A stretch of DNA of 61,895 nucleotides from a virus (taxonomy: Duplodnaviria; Caudoviricetes): IMG/VR virus record IMGVR_UViG_3300035564_000051, positions 1-61,895 of that record. One strand, 5' to 3'. Shown here piece by piece: positions 19,487 through 29,178 of this stretch; positions within the stretch are counted from its first letter, which is position 1, and each line of letters opens with the position of its first letter. The notes under the pieces were generated by a model, which worked only from the letters and a program-made list of their open reading frames with translations, searched no databases and was not told the origin of the DNA. A program made the translations under genes and the position numbers.

Positions 19487-19759
19487 ATGGACTGGATAGG
19501 AAATGTTTTCATCGTCATTGGACTTTGGTTCATCGGCAACAAGAAAAGGTGGGCGTTCATCTTTTCAGTCATCGGCGAGACCGCTTGGATTATCTACGCG
19601 CTGACGATTGGGCTTTACAGTCTCGCGATCATCTGTACGGTGTTCGCTGGCCTTGCCGTGCGTAGCTACTGGAAGTGGGGCAAAGAGCAAACCCCTGCCG
19701 AGCGCGCCGCATGGACAATGAAACTCAAAGATGTTGGCAACGTGAAGGAGGTAAAGTGA
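19487..19759 (+). CDS. PnuC/SemiSWEET-like 3-TM membrane protein
   Basis: MDWIG...GLWFIGNKKRWAFIF...AWIIYA...YWKW; resembles a half-PnuC unit. Confidence 0.6.
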   Translation: MDWIGNVFIVIGLWFIGNKKRWAFIFSVIGETAWIIYALTIGLYSLAIICTVFAGLAVRSYWKWGKEQTPAERAAWTMKLKDVGNVKEVK

Positions 19760-20298
19760 AATCCAATTCCAACAAGTTCCTGACCATCGCCGCAGGAGTA
19801 ATCCTCACCGACGATCTGGATGATTTTGCAGTGAGTCTCGATCCACACTTTGAACTCTTTGGCGTTCATGCGATAATCACTTCCGCTGTTCGCACCGAAG
19901 CCTCTCAAATGGAGTTGATTCGTAAGAAAGCCATCGAGTGCAATCTCACCTTCGCATGGCCGGTTGAAACAATGAACATGGAAGAGCTTGTCGAGTGGGG
20001 TGATAAGACCGTTCCCTTCTGGCAAGTCGTCTGGTCGCAACTTCTTTCCATCGGTCAAATGATAAATCCCCCAATCCCCGCCAAAGCAGAATTTGAATAC
20101 ATCCATGCAGACGGAAGACACATTCCACCAGGGCATGAGGTAGGCATCAGTGAGCATCAGGAGAAGAAAGCCATTGACATCGCCCGCAATGAACTCCACC
20201 TGATTGAGAAATGTCTGGATCACGCGAAGCTCTCAGGTGTGAATCTCAAATATCTCATTGAGCCAAAGAACGGCTGTGTACACACGGTGAAGGTATGA
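19756..20298 (+). CDS. Putative endolysin, peptidase M15-like Zn peptidase
   Basis: ITSAVRT..SQ, SEHQEKKAIDI and a terminal CVH match the M15/LAS zinc-ligand pattern; GTG start after GGAGG. Confidence 0.65.
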   Translation: MKSNSNKFLTIAAGVILTDDLDDFAVSLDPHFELFGVHAIITSAVRTEASQMELIRKKAIECNLTFAWPVETMNMEELVEWGDKTVPFWQVVWSQLLSIGQMINPPIPAKAEFEYIHADGRHIPPGHEVGISEHQEKKAIDIARNELHLIEKCLDHAKLSGVNLKYLIEPKNGCVHTVKV

Positions 20299-20990
20299 AA
20301 GCCCTCGACATCTTGAAGAAGGTTCTCGAGTACTCCAAGTTCATCATCGCCATCTGTGTTGGCCTAGCCATCTACCATTTCTTCCTTCCGTCAAAGACCG
20401 TGTACGTTCAAAAGCCTGTGCCCGTCTACGACTCAGCGCGTGTAGCTGAAGCAAGCCAGAGGTATCAAAAGCTCATGGCCGATACAGTAGCAACTTTGTG
20501 GGAGAAGATTCTGGGGCTGAAACAGCGCACCGCGCCAACAGGTTACTACGGAAAGCTAGATCCCCTGCCAATTAGCCTCGGTGTACCAATCAAGTACGGC
20601 CATGACAGTCTGATAACCTACACGCCTCTAGCCTTCGACGTACCGATTGCAATGGAGGCAACGAGAGATCAAGTGAGCATTACGACTGAAAACCCCGCCA
20701 ATGCCGCAAGGGGAGAGCCTGCGGTCAAACTGTACCAATGGCCCAGAGTGACAAGAGATTTCTTCTTTGCGATTGCCCCGACAAGTGACTATGCAAGTCT
20801 AAATGGAATCAATCTAGTCTTCAAGAAGCGCGCCTTTGAATTTGATGGCTTCGGAATCATCCTCGGGGCTGGCTATCCAAGAGAGTATTACGCCGGAGTA
20901 GATGCGAGGTTCATCTTCTGGGAGCAGCTCGAACTCACACCGCGGCTATTGAGCACTCAAGCCAACATCGAGGCAAGGTGGAAGTTCTAG
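20295..20990 (+). CDS. Membrane-anchored periplasmic protein, spanin-like position
   Basis: One N-terminal TM, follows the endolysin, ends in amphipathic beta strands and a terminal Phe. Confidence 0.45.
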   Translation: MKALDILKKVLEYSKFIIAICVGLAIYHFFLPSKTVYVQKPVPVYDSARVAEASQRYQKLMADTVATLWEKILGLKQRTAPTGYYGKLDPLPISLGVPIKYGHDSLITYTPLAFDVPIAMEATRDQVSITTENPANAARGEPAVKLYQWPRVTRDFFFAIAPTSDYASLNGINLVFKKRAFEFDGFGIILGAGYPREYYAGVDARFIFWEQLELTPRLLSTQANIEARWKF

Positions 20991-21145
20991 GTAAAATAAG
21001 AAATTCCATATTTTAGGTTAGGCTGATTGTCTAAACCTCAGGATGGGAGTTGACAACTTCCCAACTCGGCACGGCTTTTGTAGTCGTAAACAAGTTGTAA
21101 ACCGTGGCACAGTTCTTTCCGCACAGAATTTTGTAAAATGAGGTA

Positions 21146-21174
21146 TTGACTTTCGACCCTCGCGGTTGTATCAT
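21146..21174 (+). promoter_or_regulatory. Sigma70-type promoter for the early region
   Basis: TTGACT (21146-21151), 17-bp spacer, TATCAT (21169-21174), in the main intergenic gap. Confidence 0.75.
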
Positions 21175-21224
21175 TACACCGTCATCTCGCAGCAATGACT
21201 CACAGTAGTCGGAGCTAAGAAACC

Positions 21225-21380
21225 GTGACCACAGCGCTCACCAAGAACTCTCTCATCGTTCAAGATCGTGGCTGCATCCGTCAGTACCACTTCCGCGCGT
21301 GTCTGTGTGTGTTCACATTAGCCTTCCGTGATTATCAAAACACTTGGAAGGTCATGCTGGCAAAAGTAGGGAGCAACTAA
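21225..21380 (+). CDS. Small hypothetical protein (51 aa; not in ORF track)
   Basis: GGAG then GTG; MTTALTKNSLIVQDRGCIRQYHF...KVGSN*; first ORF after the promoter. Confidence 0.45.
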   Translation: MTTALTKNSLIVQDRGCIRQYHFRACLCVFTLAFRDYQNTWKVMLAKVGSN

Positions 21381-21381
21381 C

Positions 21382-21612
21382 GTGCTCTGTGTTCAACTAA
21401 CCAACGCGAGATTAAGCAAGGCAAAGGCGCTGTCTTTTGCCAGAGCATTTTCGCGTCACATCACTTGCTACCTGCATCGCACTCCCTGGTCAAAGGACAA
21501 GAACAAACTCTATTCAGTTGTACGTCCCTATGAAGAAGCACCAGTATCTAAGACTGACAAAGTGAAGAAGATCCCAGATCAGAAGTTAGAGAAGGTGACA
21601 ATCACGAAGTAA
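21382..21612 (+). CDS. Hypothetical basic protein
   Basis: SD GGGAG, GTG start. Confidence 0.5.
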   Translation: MLCVQLTNARLSKAKALSFARAFSRHITCYLHRTPWSKDKNKLYSVVRPYEEAPVSKTDKVKKIPDQKLEKVTITK

Positions 21613-21621
21613 CCCGTGGAT

Positions 21622-21658
21622 GGCTCCCTGTTCGTCCCTTCCAGGACGGCGGGGAGTC
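21622..21658 (+). other. Intergenic GC-rich hairpin
   Basis: GGCTCCCTGTTCGTCC pairs with GGACGGCGGGGAGTC; no clean U-tract. Confidence 0.55.
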
Positions 21659-21696
21659 TGAAGCGGTTTTCAAAACATCCTGGAAGGATAAACCAA

Positions 21697-21987
21697 ATGG
21701 AAAACTCACTCTTCGTAATCGTTCCCGATCAGAGAAGGGTTCTTGCAGAACGGAAAGACTTAGGCCAGATCGAGTCGTTCCTGCGCGAACACGCGTACAA
21801 GTCAGATGCTCAAGAAGCCTGCGAATCTCTGGGCGCGGTGATTGCGATTGATTTCACCCTTGCCGCGGAAATGGAACACCGCGCGTATGTCAAGGGCTAC
21901 CAGCGCGCCATCACCGACCTTCGCAACCCCAAGAACGCACACATGAAGATTCATCGCTTCGCAACCGTGGAGGCCAATCATGGCTAA
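21697..21987 (+). CDS. Hypothetical protein
   Basis: ATG after AAGGA; the longer GTG start lies in the hairpin. Confidence 0.6.
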   Translation: MENSLFVIVPDQRRVLAERKDLGQIESFLREHAYKSDAQEACESLGAVIAIDFTLAAEMEHRAYVKGYQRAITDLRNPKNAHMKIHRFATVEANHG

Positions 21988-22201
21988 CATGAGCCTGCCC
22001 GGAATCAATCCGCCAAAGTCTACACACGAAGGCGCGCTCTTTGAGCCGACCCTTCACCGATCCTGCGATCATTCAAACGATCATCAGCTGACGCATCAAG
22101 ACAATTTCGTCACCTGTTACTTTTGCGGACGCGAATATATCTGGACATACGAACCCTGCCGATGTCCAGATTGCAAACGCCATCAACCCGATATTTTCTA
22201 A
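21980..22201 (+). CDS. Small Cys-rich (Zn-ribbon) protein
   Basis: CYFC ... CPDC; SD GGAGG. Confidence 0.6.
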   Translation: MANMSLPGINPPKSTHEGALFEPTLHRSCDHSNDHQLTHQDNFVTCYFCGREYIWTYEPCRCPDCKRHQPDIF

Positions 22202-22225
22202 TCAATCCCTGGAAGGAGCACTACA

Positions 22226-22750
22226 ATGCCCAACAAACCGCAAATGGAGTTTCCGTCAAACGTGCCGCAGACCGTTGAACTGGTCAAGATGTTCAAGCAC
22301 GGTCAGAACGATCACGGCGAGTACTACGCGTGGGAATTCAAGCACGAAGGAGTAAGCAAAGTCTTTTTCGCCAAAGAAGCCCTTCAGAAGAAATTGGTAG
22401 AGTTCAAGGCGGGTCAAACCGTTGTCGTCAATTACCAAGAGAAAAAGGGAGAGAAGGGAACATTCCATGTGTGGGATGTGAAGGAAGCACTCTTTGATGA
22501 AAAGGGCAAAGCCCCGAAACAGACTCCGCCTGACATCACCAAGAGCGAACCGGCGTACAAGACCTACCGCGAGAATCGCGTCCGCCTGATGAAAGAGAAT
22601 CTTCAGGATGCGGCGACAATCGCGCAAGGCTTTAACGAATGGCTCGGCAAACAAGGCAACGGCGAGTGGACCCGCCTGATGCTCGATCATTCGGATGTTC
22701 GCGCAATCGCGGTGAGCTTTGGAATCAGCTACGAAAGGAAAACCGCCTGA
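22226..22750 (+). CDS. Hypothetical protein, possible ssDNA-binding/recombination protein
   Basis: Aromatic beta-rich N-domain plus helical C-domain; SD AAGGAG; early-region context. Confidence 0.4.
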   Translation: MPNKPQMEFPSNVPQTVELVKMFKHGQNDHGEYYAWEFKHEGVSKVFFAKEALQKKLVEFKAGQTVVVNYQEKKGEKGTFHVWDVKEALFDEKGKAPKQTPPDITKSEPAYKTYRENRVRLMKENLQDAATIAQGFNEWLGKQGNGEWTRLMLDHSDVRAIAVSFGISYERKTA

Positions 22751-23484
22751 TGGAAACCACCGAACTGAGCATCTACCAAAAGGGCGAGATCACCCTGGCT
22801 GAGATTCAAGAGAAAGCCAAAACCCTTCAGATCACCGATGAATCTCTCGGCTACTGGGCGGAGTCAATGGCTATTGCAAGGAAACTCGCAACCAGCCTCG
22901 ATGCCGAGAGAAAACGCGAGAAAGAAGAACCCTTGCTCAAATGTCAGGAGATCGACGCTCGATACGGCGCGCTTATCAAGCCCTGTCAGGAACTCGGCGT
23001 GAAGATCGAAAACACCATTGCAGCCTTCAACCGGGCGAAGAAGGAAGAAGCCGAACGCAAGCAACGCGAGTACGAGCGTCAAGTCAGAGAAGCAGAAGAA
23101 GCCCGACTCGCAGAAGAACGCCGGAAGAAAGAAGAATACGAGCGAGAACTTGCCGAAGCCAAGAAGAAGCAAGAGGAACAAGCGAAGGAAGCGGAGAAGA
23201 AGGGCGTTGAACCCTTCCCTCCGGCAGAGATTCCGAAGCCACCCGAACCAGTGGTCCCGGTCTACGTCGCCCCGCCTCCGCCGATTGAGCCTCCAAAAGC
23301 AAAAATCGCAACCACACTCGGTAGTGTGAAGATCAAAGAGCGATGGACGTATGAAGTGGTGGACTTCAACCTCGTTCCGCGGGAGTTCATGATGGTCGAT
23401 CAAAGGGGCGTAATTGGTGCGATCAACGCCAAGATCGGATTTGTCCGAACCATCCCCGGACTCAGAATCTTTCCAGAGGAATAA
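22750..23484 (+). CDS. Coiled-coil phage protein (Gam/Gp157-like architecture)
   Basis: Long Glu/Lys/Arg coiled coil, Pro linker, C-terminal WTYEVVDFNLVPREF...IPGLRIF. Confidence 0.55.
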   Translation: METTELSIYQKGEITLAEIQEKAKTLQITDESLGYWAESMAIARKLATSLDAERKREKEEPLLKCQEIDARYGALIKPCQELGVKIENTIAAFNRAKKEEAERKQREYERQVREAEEARLAEERRKKEEYERELAEAKKKQEEQAKEAEKKGVEPFPPAEIPKPPEPVVPVYVAPPPPIEPPKAKIATTLGSVKIKERWTYEVVDFNLVPREFMMVDQRGVIGAINAKIGFVRTIPGLRIFPEE

Positions 23485-23486
23485 CC

Positions 23487-24044
23487 ATGCCAAAGTATTG
23501 CTTCCTCGACAGTGAGACCGGCGGAACCGACCCCAAGCGCCACGCACTCCTTCAGGTGGCGGGAATCATCGTCACCAACGATCAAGAAGTAGCCTCATTC
23601 AACTTCCACATTCAACCCTTCCCAACGGATGTGGTAGAAGATTCCGCTCTGGCAATCAACGGTATCAAGCGGGAAGAACTCTCAGGCTACGAAGATCCCA
23701 AGAAGGTACACGATATGCTTGTAGGGGCGTTGGGGATTCATGTGGACAAGTTCGACAAGCATGACAAGTACGTTTTCACTGGTTACAAAGCTCAGTTCGA
23801 CTACGACTTCCTCAGAGCATTTTTTGAGAAGTGCGGAGATCAGTACTTCGGCTCGTTTTTCTGGAACCCCGCGCTGGACATAATGACACTGGCATATTCA
23901 AAGCTACTTTCCCGGCGACCGATGATGCCAAACTTCAAACTGGGAACGGTAGCAGCAGAATTTAGCCTGAAGCCCGAAGGAACGCTGCATGATGCCCTGG
24001 CAGACATTCGCCTGACAAAACAACTATTCGACAAACTGAAATGA
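23487..24044 (+). CDS. DEDDh 3'-5' exonuclease (DnaQ-like)
   Basis: FLDSETGG, YKAQFDYDFL, LHDALADI. Confidence 0.92.
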   Translation: MPKYCFLDSETGGTDPKRHALLQVAGIIVTNDQEVASFNFHIQPFPTDVVEDSALAINGIKREELSGYEDPKKVHDMLVGALGIHVDKFDKHDKYVFTGYKAQFDYDFLRAFFEKCGDQYFGSFFWNPALDIMTLAYSKLLSRRPMMPNFKLGTVAAEFSLKPEGTLHDALADIRLTKQLFDKLK

Positions 24045-24436
24045 CCCCCTCAACAACGTCCGCGCTTTCAGAGAACTCTTTGGTGGGAATCGGGACCCTG
24101 GAGGCGCGGGCGAAGGAGAAAAAGAAACAGTACCTGACCGAGCAAAAGGTCTACCAGCAATCACTCATCACGTTTGAGAACTTGCGCGAAGAACTGGAAG
24201 AGACCGAACGAGCTATCGGAGATTTTGATGACGGCACATGCCCCGTCTGCCACAATCAGCCAGCAAAGACATTCGCTGACCTCAAGGCCAAGCGCACCGA
24301 ACTGGAAACTAAACTTGCAAAAGCCAACGAAGAAAAGGAAGAGAAGAACGTGCTTCTCTATGACATTAGCCTTGAAGTGAATAACCTCGAAACCGAGATC
24401 CATCAGGAACTTCTTAGACAGAGAGGGAAGCTATGA
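24041..24436 (+). CDS. Coiled-coil protein with central CxxC (zinc-hook-like)
   Basis: GTCPVCHNQ between two coiled coils. Confidence 0.55.
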   Translation: MTPSTTSALSENSLVGIGTLEARAKEKKKQYLTEQKVYQQSLITFENLREELEETERAIGDFDDGTCPVCHNQPAKTFADLKAKRTELETKLAKANEEKEEKNVLLYDISLEVNNLETEIHQELLRQRGKL

Positions 24437-24636
24437 TCGACCGTACCATGCTCTACTGTTTCGGAAGCCTGATGATTCTCTTTGTTGGCGGTGGTTATGC
24501 AGGGTGGTATCTGGCCGGTGACGATTGGACGCTTCGGGGTATGTTCACATTCGCCGGAGCATTCATAGGAAGTGCATTGTGGTTTATAGGAATGTTCGCA
24601 TGGATGAAATGGAAAACGTACAAAGGAACAAATTAA
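24433..24636 (+). CDS. Small two-TM membrane protein
   Basis: Two hydrophobic segments; ATGA overlap. Confidence 0.6.
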   Translation: MIDRTMLYCFGSLMILFVGGGYAGWYLAGDDWTLRGMFTFAGAFIGSALWFIGMFAWMKWKTYKGTN

Positions 24637-24649
24637 ACTAGGAGGAAAA

Positions 24650-25171
24650 ATGAAACGCACATCGCTTTACGGAATTCTTATCGCACTTGTGGCAGTCCTA
24701 TTTATGATTGGCCTGACCGCGCTGGTCCAGGGAGATTCCCCTGGAGCTTCAAAGGCATCTGTGTTTCGACAGAAAGCCAATAGGATAGTTCAACTCAGAG
24801 CGCACAATACACCAGTTTCAAAGGATGATTACCTATTGATGGGGTGTGACAATTCTTGCGCGCGCCGCAATCACCCACAGGTTCCAGAAGACGAACTAAG
24901 AGAGTTTATTTGGATGGCCGGAGGTGAAGATTTGAGCGAGCGAGAGGCGGGATATAATGCCGAGGCCACTCAGGATGCTAAAACCGGAAAATGGCACATT
25001 GATAGATTTTTGAACGACTGTACGAAATCCAAATATCAGGCATCTCCAGAGGAAGTCGCATGGCATTATTTGCGCGTGGTGGAACTCCGCGCAAAGGGAA
25101 TACCGAGAGATGAACGTATCGCTACAATGACGGCAGAAGCAAAGGGTAAGCCGTGGTTAAAGCTCAAATGA
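24650..25171 (+). CDS. Membrane-anchored or exported hypothetical protein
   Basis: N-terminal hydrophobic helix; SD AGGAGG. Confidence 0.6.
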   Translation: MKRTSLYGILIALVAVLFMIGLTALVQGDSPGASKASVFRQKANRIVQLRAHNTPVSKDDYLLMGCDNSCARRNHPQVPEDELREFIWMAGGEDLSEREAGYNAEATQDAKTGKWHIDRFLNDCTKSKYQASPEEVAWHYLRVVELRAKGIPRDERIATMTAEAKGKPWLKLK

Positions 25172-25176
25172 GTATT

Positions 25177-25271
25177 GAACCTTAACCCGCTTGTTCTTTT
25201 GTCATTTGGTGTAAGGTCTGACTCGCAGCAACTACATAAGCCATTGTAGTATCGGCGGCGGGTTGGGGTTC
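25177..25271 (+). ncRNA. Candidate structured intergenic RNA
   Basis: GAACCTTAACCCGC (25177-25190) pairs with GCGGGTTGGGGTTC (25258-25271) including G-U pairs; internal ACTACA/TGTAGT hairpin. Confidence 0.4.
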
Positions 25272-25287
25272 TTAAAAGGAAAGAAGG

Positions 25288-25821
25288 ATGGATCATTACG
25301 AATACACTAACGCAGACCGGGAAGCGCTCAAGCGCCAATACCGGAAAAAGTGGGCTGACGAAGAATGGGAACTTCAGCGACAACTTTGGGAAAAACGGGA
25401 AAGGGAAAGAAGGATGAAACTCTACATCTACGATGGGCCTGATGGAATCTTTTGGTCCAAGTATCCACCGAGCGCTCAAAGTCCACTTGTTCTCGGCACA
25501 ATCGAAGTCCAAGAGCCGGGGGAACGATTGCAAATCTTCGATGAACTCTGCCTGAAGTCGGAACTTAAACAGGTAGATGACCTTTTGGCCCGACTGGAAA
25601 TTGAACGATTCGGTTCGACATTTCGGACAAACAGACGAATCGAGCGCATTCTAGGATTGACGAGCGCCCCCAAGAAAACCGTGGTGAAGGAAATACCACT
25701 GCAACTCGTTCCACCAACACCGCGCACTCTGGATTCTGATGGCAATGTTCGTCATTCAATCGCGGTTGGTCTTCCTCCCAAGGCGTTCAACATAAAACTG
25801 ATCTACGAGGATGAACAGTGA
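25288..25821 (+). CDS. Hypothetical protein
   Basis: ORF fills the gap and overlaps the next start. Confidence 0.5.
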   Translation: MDHYEYTNADREALKRQYRKKWADEEWELQRQLWEKRERERRMKLYIYDGPDGIFWSKYPPSAQSPLVLGTIEVQEPGERLQIFDELCLKSELKQVDDLLARLEIERFGSTFRTNRRIERILGLTSAPKKTVVKEIPLQLVPPTPRTLDSDGNVRHSIAVGLPPKAFNIKLIYEDEQ

Positions 25822-27260
25822 AGTTCTCCAAGCGCGACTACATCTTTCTTGCCGTGATAGCAGCCGCAGTTCTGAGCGCGTACAGCCTGCGGTGGCTCTG
25901 TGACGATGTTTTCATAACCCTCCGCTACTCTCAGAACTGGTTAGCCGGAAACGGGATTGTCTACAACATCGGAGAACGGGTCGAAGGTTACACCCATCCA
26001 TTATGGCTAGGGCTCATCACTCTAGGATCTTGGTTAGGTGGAAAGCCTGAGACCCTTGTTCTCTACATGGGACTTGCCTCGCTTGGTGCTGTGCTGTGGT
26101 TCTCCGGCAAGCTGAATATCTTTGCGGCCATACTGCTTGCGATAAATTACGATTTCAGAGTTTGGGCGACGGGTGGCCTGGAGACCATGTTTTTCTCCAT
26201 GCTGCTCGTCGTCGGGGTTTGGTCTCTCTGGCGTGAGAAGTTTCTCTTGGCGGGAATCGCCATGAGTCTTGCGGTATTGACCAGACCAGATGGGATTATC
26301 TTCGCTGCCGTAGGGCTCGCATACATTTTCTACAATGACCGCTTTGAATTGTGGCACTACCTACCTCCATTCATGCTTGTGGTGATTCATCTTCTCTGGC
26401 GGTATTCCTACTACGGCGATCTACTTCCCATGAGCTACTACGCCAAATCAGGTGGGGGCGTGTACTTCTCACAGGGTTTTGAATATCTGTGGACATGGTT
26501 TGGGACCTACCCGTTGAGCCTGATATTCCTGCTGGCACTTCCACTCTTGCGGCGGAATAAGTTTCTCTCATTCCTGTTCGCCTCCATCACGTTCTACCTG
26601 ATACTCTTTGTCGCGCGTGTTGGAGGGGATTTCATGTTTGCCCGGTTTGTCATTCCGGTGCTTCCGATGATGTATCTGTGCGGAGCACTCTCAATCCAAG
26701 CCCTCTGGCCTAACTCCAAGACCTCGATACTCATAGTTCTCTGTGTTCTTTCGATCCGTGAGTCTTCCGTCAGGGATGAAATTCTCACGGCCAAACGTGA
26801 TGGATGGGTAGTAGAAGGAAGGATCATGGACGAGCATTACTTCTGGGTATCTAGTGACAAGCTGGAATCCAGCCGAAGCCTCGGCCTGATAGTGAAGGAT
26901 TATTTTGAAGGTGAAAAGGTAAGGGTTCTGCTTCGCGGTGGTCAAGATGCTTTTGGTTATTACGCCCAGTTCGACTACTGCATGGAAGCTGCGGGATTGA
27001 CAGATGCTCACATTGCAAAATCAGAACTGAGCCAGCGCGGTCAACCCGGACACGAACACGCAGCAACCTTAGACTACATCAAGGAAAAAGGAATTCACTT
27101 CGTATTCTTTCGCCGTGCCTATGACAGGGCCAACGCACAGATATTTTTGAACTTCGGCTCTGGTTACGGTCATGGAGAGATCATCACGCGAGATGATTCG
27201 ATGCTTGCGCGGCTCACAAGGAAATGGGGCAACGCCGTACTGATAGGAGAGAAGGAGTGA
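25818..27260 (+). CDS. GT-C-fold integral membrane glycosyltransferase (ArnT/PMT/AftB-like)
   Basis: About 10-11 TM segments; DD motif after TM1 (CDDVFITLRYSQN), GERVEGYTHPLW, GLET, LTRPDG, ARFVIP; soluble C-terminal domain. Confidence 0.82.
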   Translation: MKFSKRDYIFLAVIAAAVLSAYSLRWLCDDVFITLRYSQNWLAGNGIVYNIGERVEGYTHPLWLGLITLGSWLGGKPETLVLYMGLASLGAVLWFSGKLNIFAAILLAINYDFRVWATGGLETMFFSMLLVVGVWSLWREKFLLAGIAMSLAVLTRPDGIIFAAVGLAYIFYNDRFELWHYLPPFMLVVIHLLWRYSYYGDLLPMSYYAKSGGGVYFSQGFEYLWTWFGTYPLSLIFLLALPLLRRNKFLSFLFASITFYLILFVARVGGDFMFARFVIPVLPMMYLCGALSIQALWPNSKTSILIVLCVLSIRESSVRDEILTAKRDGWVVEGRIMDEHYFWVSSDKLESSRSLGLIVKDYFEGEKVRVLLRGGQDAFGYYAQFDYCMEAAGLTDAHIAKSELSQRGQPGHEHAATLDYIKEKGIHFVFFRRAYDRANAQIFLNFGSGYGHGEIITRDDSMLARLTRKWGNAVLIGEKE

Positions 27261-27562
27261 TGGTAAACGAGGTAAAAAGTCATTCAGGATCGCCTACAAG
27301 CGCGCAAAGAGACCTCTTGATACCTGAGTATAGGCGCAGGCTTCGCCTCGTGCTACGACGATATAAACGCGGAAAGTCACTTCGCTCACTATCGAAGGCT
27401 TTGGGGCTTTCTCATCCGACGGTGCGGACAATACTAGAGCATCCGAACACTTCCGTATCACTGAAGACCATGATGAAAGTTTTGAGAGCAACAAGCAAGC
27501 GCAGGATTCACCTAACCCTGAGTCTGATCGGTCATGTAACAAAAGCCCGGTGTCCGTTCTAA
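27260..27562 (+). CDS. HTH DNA-binding protein
   Basis: SLRSLSKALGLSHPTVRTIL. Confidence 0.65.
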   Translation: MVNEVKSHSGSPTSAQRDLLIPEYRRRLRLVLRRYKRGKSLRSLSKALGLSHPTVRTILEHPNTSVSLKTMMKVLRATSKRRIHLTLSLIGHVTKARCPF

Positions 27563-28641
27563 TGAAGGTCGCAATCATACTTAATCAGGTCTTCCCCTAC
27601 CGCAGTCCGGTGTTCGATCTACTGGGGTCTCACTATACGGTGATTTACAGTTGCCAGAAGGAGGGGAATAGGGGTTGGGAATCTCCCGAACTGAAGCACG
27701 ACTACATTTTCCTCAAACCCCGGATGATTCCCTATGGAGTAGAGGGATTCGCTCATGTCAATTTCGACATATTCAAAGCCTTGAGAGAAGTAGATCCCGA
27801 CGTAATCATTCTCTACGGCTTTGGCCCGACACAGCAACTAGCCTACCTTTGGGCGCGGCTTCACCGTAGAAAGATCGTCACATGGTTCGATGGATGGTCA
27901 CACACAGAGCGAAACAGAAGTAACCGGCAGCTTTGGATTCAGAGAATGTTCGTACGGCATTCTGAGGCGTGTATTGCGAGTAGCCAGAAGGGAAGTCGTT
28001 ACTTCTATTCACTCGGAGCATCAAAAGTATTTGTTGCACCAATGGCAGTTGACAATTCCAGATTCGCACCGGCAAAGAATAAACGTCCCTTCGATCTTCT
28101 CTTCGTCGGCCAGTTGATAGAACGCAAGGGGGTGCTCTTTCTTCCTGAGTTGATGAAAGAACTCCACGACAAGAAGCTAATGATTGTCGGTGACGGACCC
28201 CTGAAGGAAGAATTGCTCAAAAGGCTAATGAACATCCACGCAGACTTTCATCATGTGAGGTTCGTTCCCTGGGAAGAAATCCATTGGTATTATCAAAGGT
28301 CAAAGATACTTCTCTTTCCAACGCTGGATGATTCATGGGGGCTGGTTTGCAATGAAGCACTTGCCGCTGGATGTCCGGTCATAACCACAGACAAAGCCGG
28401 ATGTGCGGGAGAGCTGGTTCGTCACGCGGTTAATGGCGCGATTCCAGTAAGCATGGAACCCGTGTGGTTGTGGGCGCGACCAATAGATGAACTCTGCAAA
28501 CCCAAGTACCGGCGCGCCGCAATCGAATCAGTCAAAGGCTACACCCTCCAAGCTCAAGCCCAAGCGATAAGAGATGCAGTGGCTTGCGCGGCAAAAGAAA
28601 TTCTGTACAGAGAAACGAGAGATGTCTATGAAGAAAACTAG
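27562..28641 (+). CDS. GT4-family glycosyltransferase
   Basis: LFVGQLIERKG, IVGDGP, DSWGLVCNEALAAGCPVI. Confidence 0.9.
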   Translation: MKVAIILNQVFPYRSPVFDLLGSHYTVIYSCQKEGNRGWESPELKHDYIFLKPRMIPYGVEGFAHVNFDIFKALREVDPDVIILYGFGPTQQLAYLWARLHRRKIVTWFDGWSHTERNRSNRQLWIQRMFVRHSEACIASSQKGSRYFYSLGASKVFVAPMAVDNSRFAPAKNKRPFDLLFVGQLIERKGVLFLPELMKELHDKKLMIVGDGPLKEELLKRLMNIHADFHHVRFVPWEEIHWYYQRSKILLFPTLDDSWGLVCNEALAAGCPVITTDKAGCAGELVRHAVNGAIPVSMEPVWLWARPIDELCKPKYRRAAIESVKGYTLQAQAQAIRDAVACAAKEILYRETRDVYEEN

Positions 28642-28879
28642 TCGCGCAATCATTCTAACGCTCGCTTTCTTTGCCCTCCACGTTCTTGTCCGCATGATGG
28701 GAGATAAGTGGAATCCAACCGATGCCTTCATCTTCGGCTACACATGGGGTGGATGGGAATTTGAACTCTGGAAATTGGCCGGAACCCTGACGACGGTTAT
28801 TGTGTGCGTTGCGCTGGCTCTCGGCTTTGGATGGAATCTGGATGCGCTGCTCAAGAAATCGAAGATGAGTCAGAATTGA
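28628..28879 (+). CDS. Small membrane protein
   Basis: Two hydrophobic helices. Confidence 0.55.
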   Translation: MKKTSRAIILTLAFFALHVLVRMMGDKWNPTDAFIFGYTWGGWEFELWKLAGTLTTVIVCVALALGFGWNLDALLKKSKMSQN

Positions 28880-29178
28880 AACTATCGAAGGTCATAGGGT
28901 TGGTTCAGGAATCTCCGGCACTATTTCTCTTTGCACTAGCCTGCATCTGGGTTGTGTTTATCGAACTGTTCAGAAAGGGATTTCCGATGGATTACACATT
29001 CAAGGTCGAAATCATTCGTGAGGGAGAGGATAGCGAAACGATCCATCGGGCCGTTTCTGCAACCAGCTTCGATGAAGCACTCAAGAAATTGCGTAATGAA
29101 ATCAGGAAGCGCCGCCCCTTGGATAAGTACTACCCCCTGGTGAGAGTTCTCTGGTTTGAAATTAACAAAGTCATTTGA
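28876..29178 (+). CDS. Hypothetical protein (start uncertain)
   Basis: TTG start overlapping the upstream stop; an internal ATG is also possible. Confidence 0.4.
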   Translation: MKLSKVIGLVQESPALFLFALACIWVVFIELFRKGFPMDYTFKVEIIREGEDSETIHRAVSATSFDEALKKLRNEIRKRRPLDKYYPLVRVLWFEINKVI

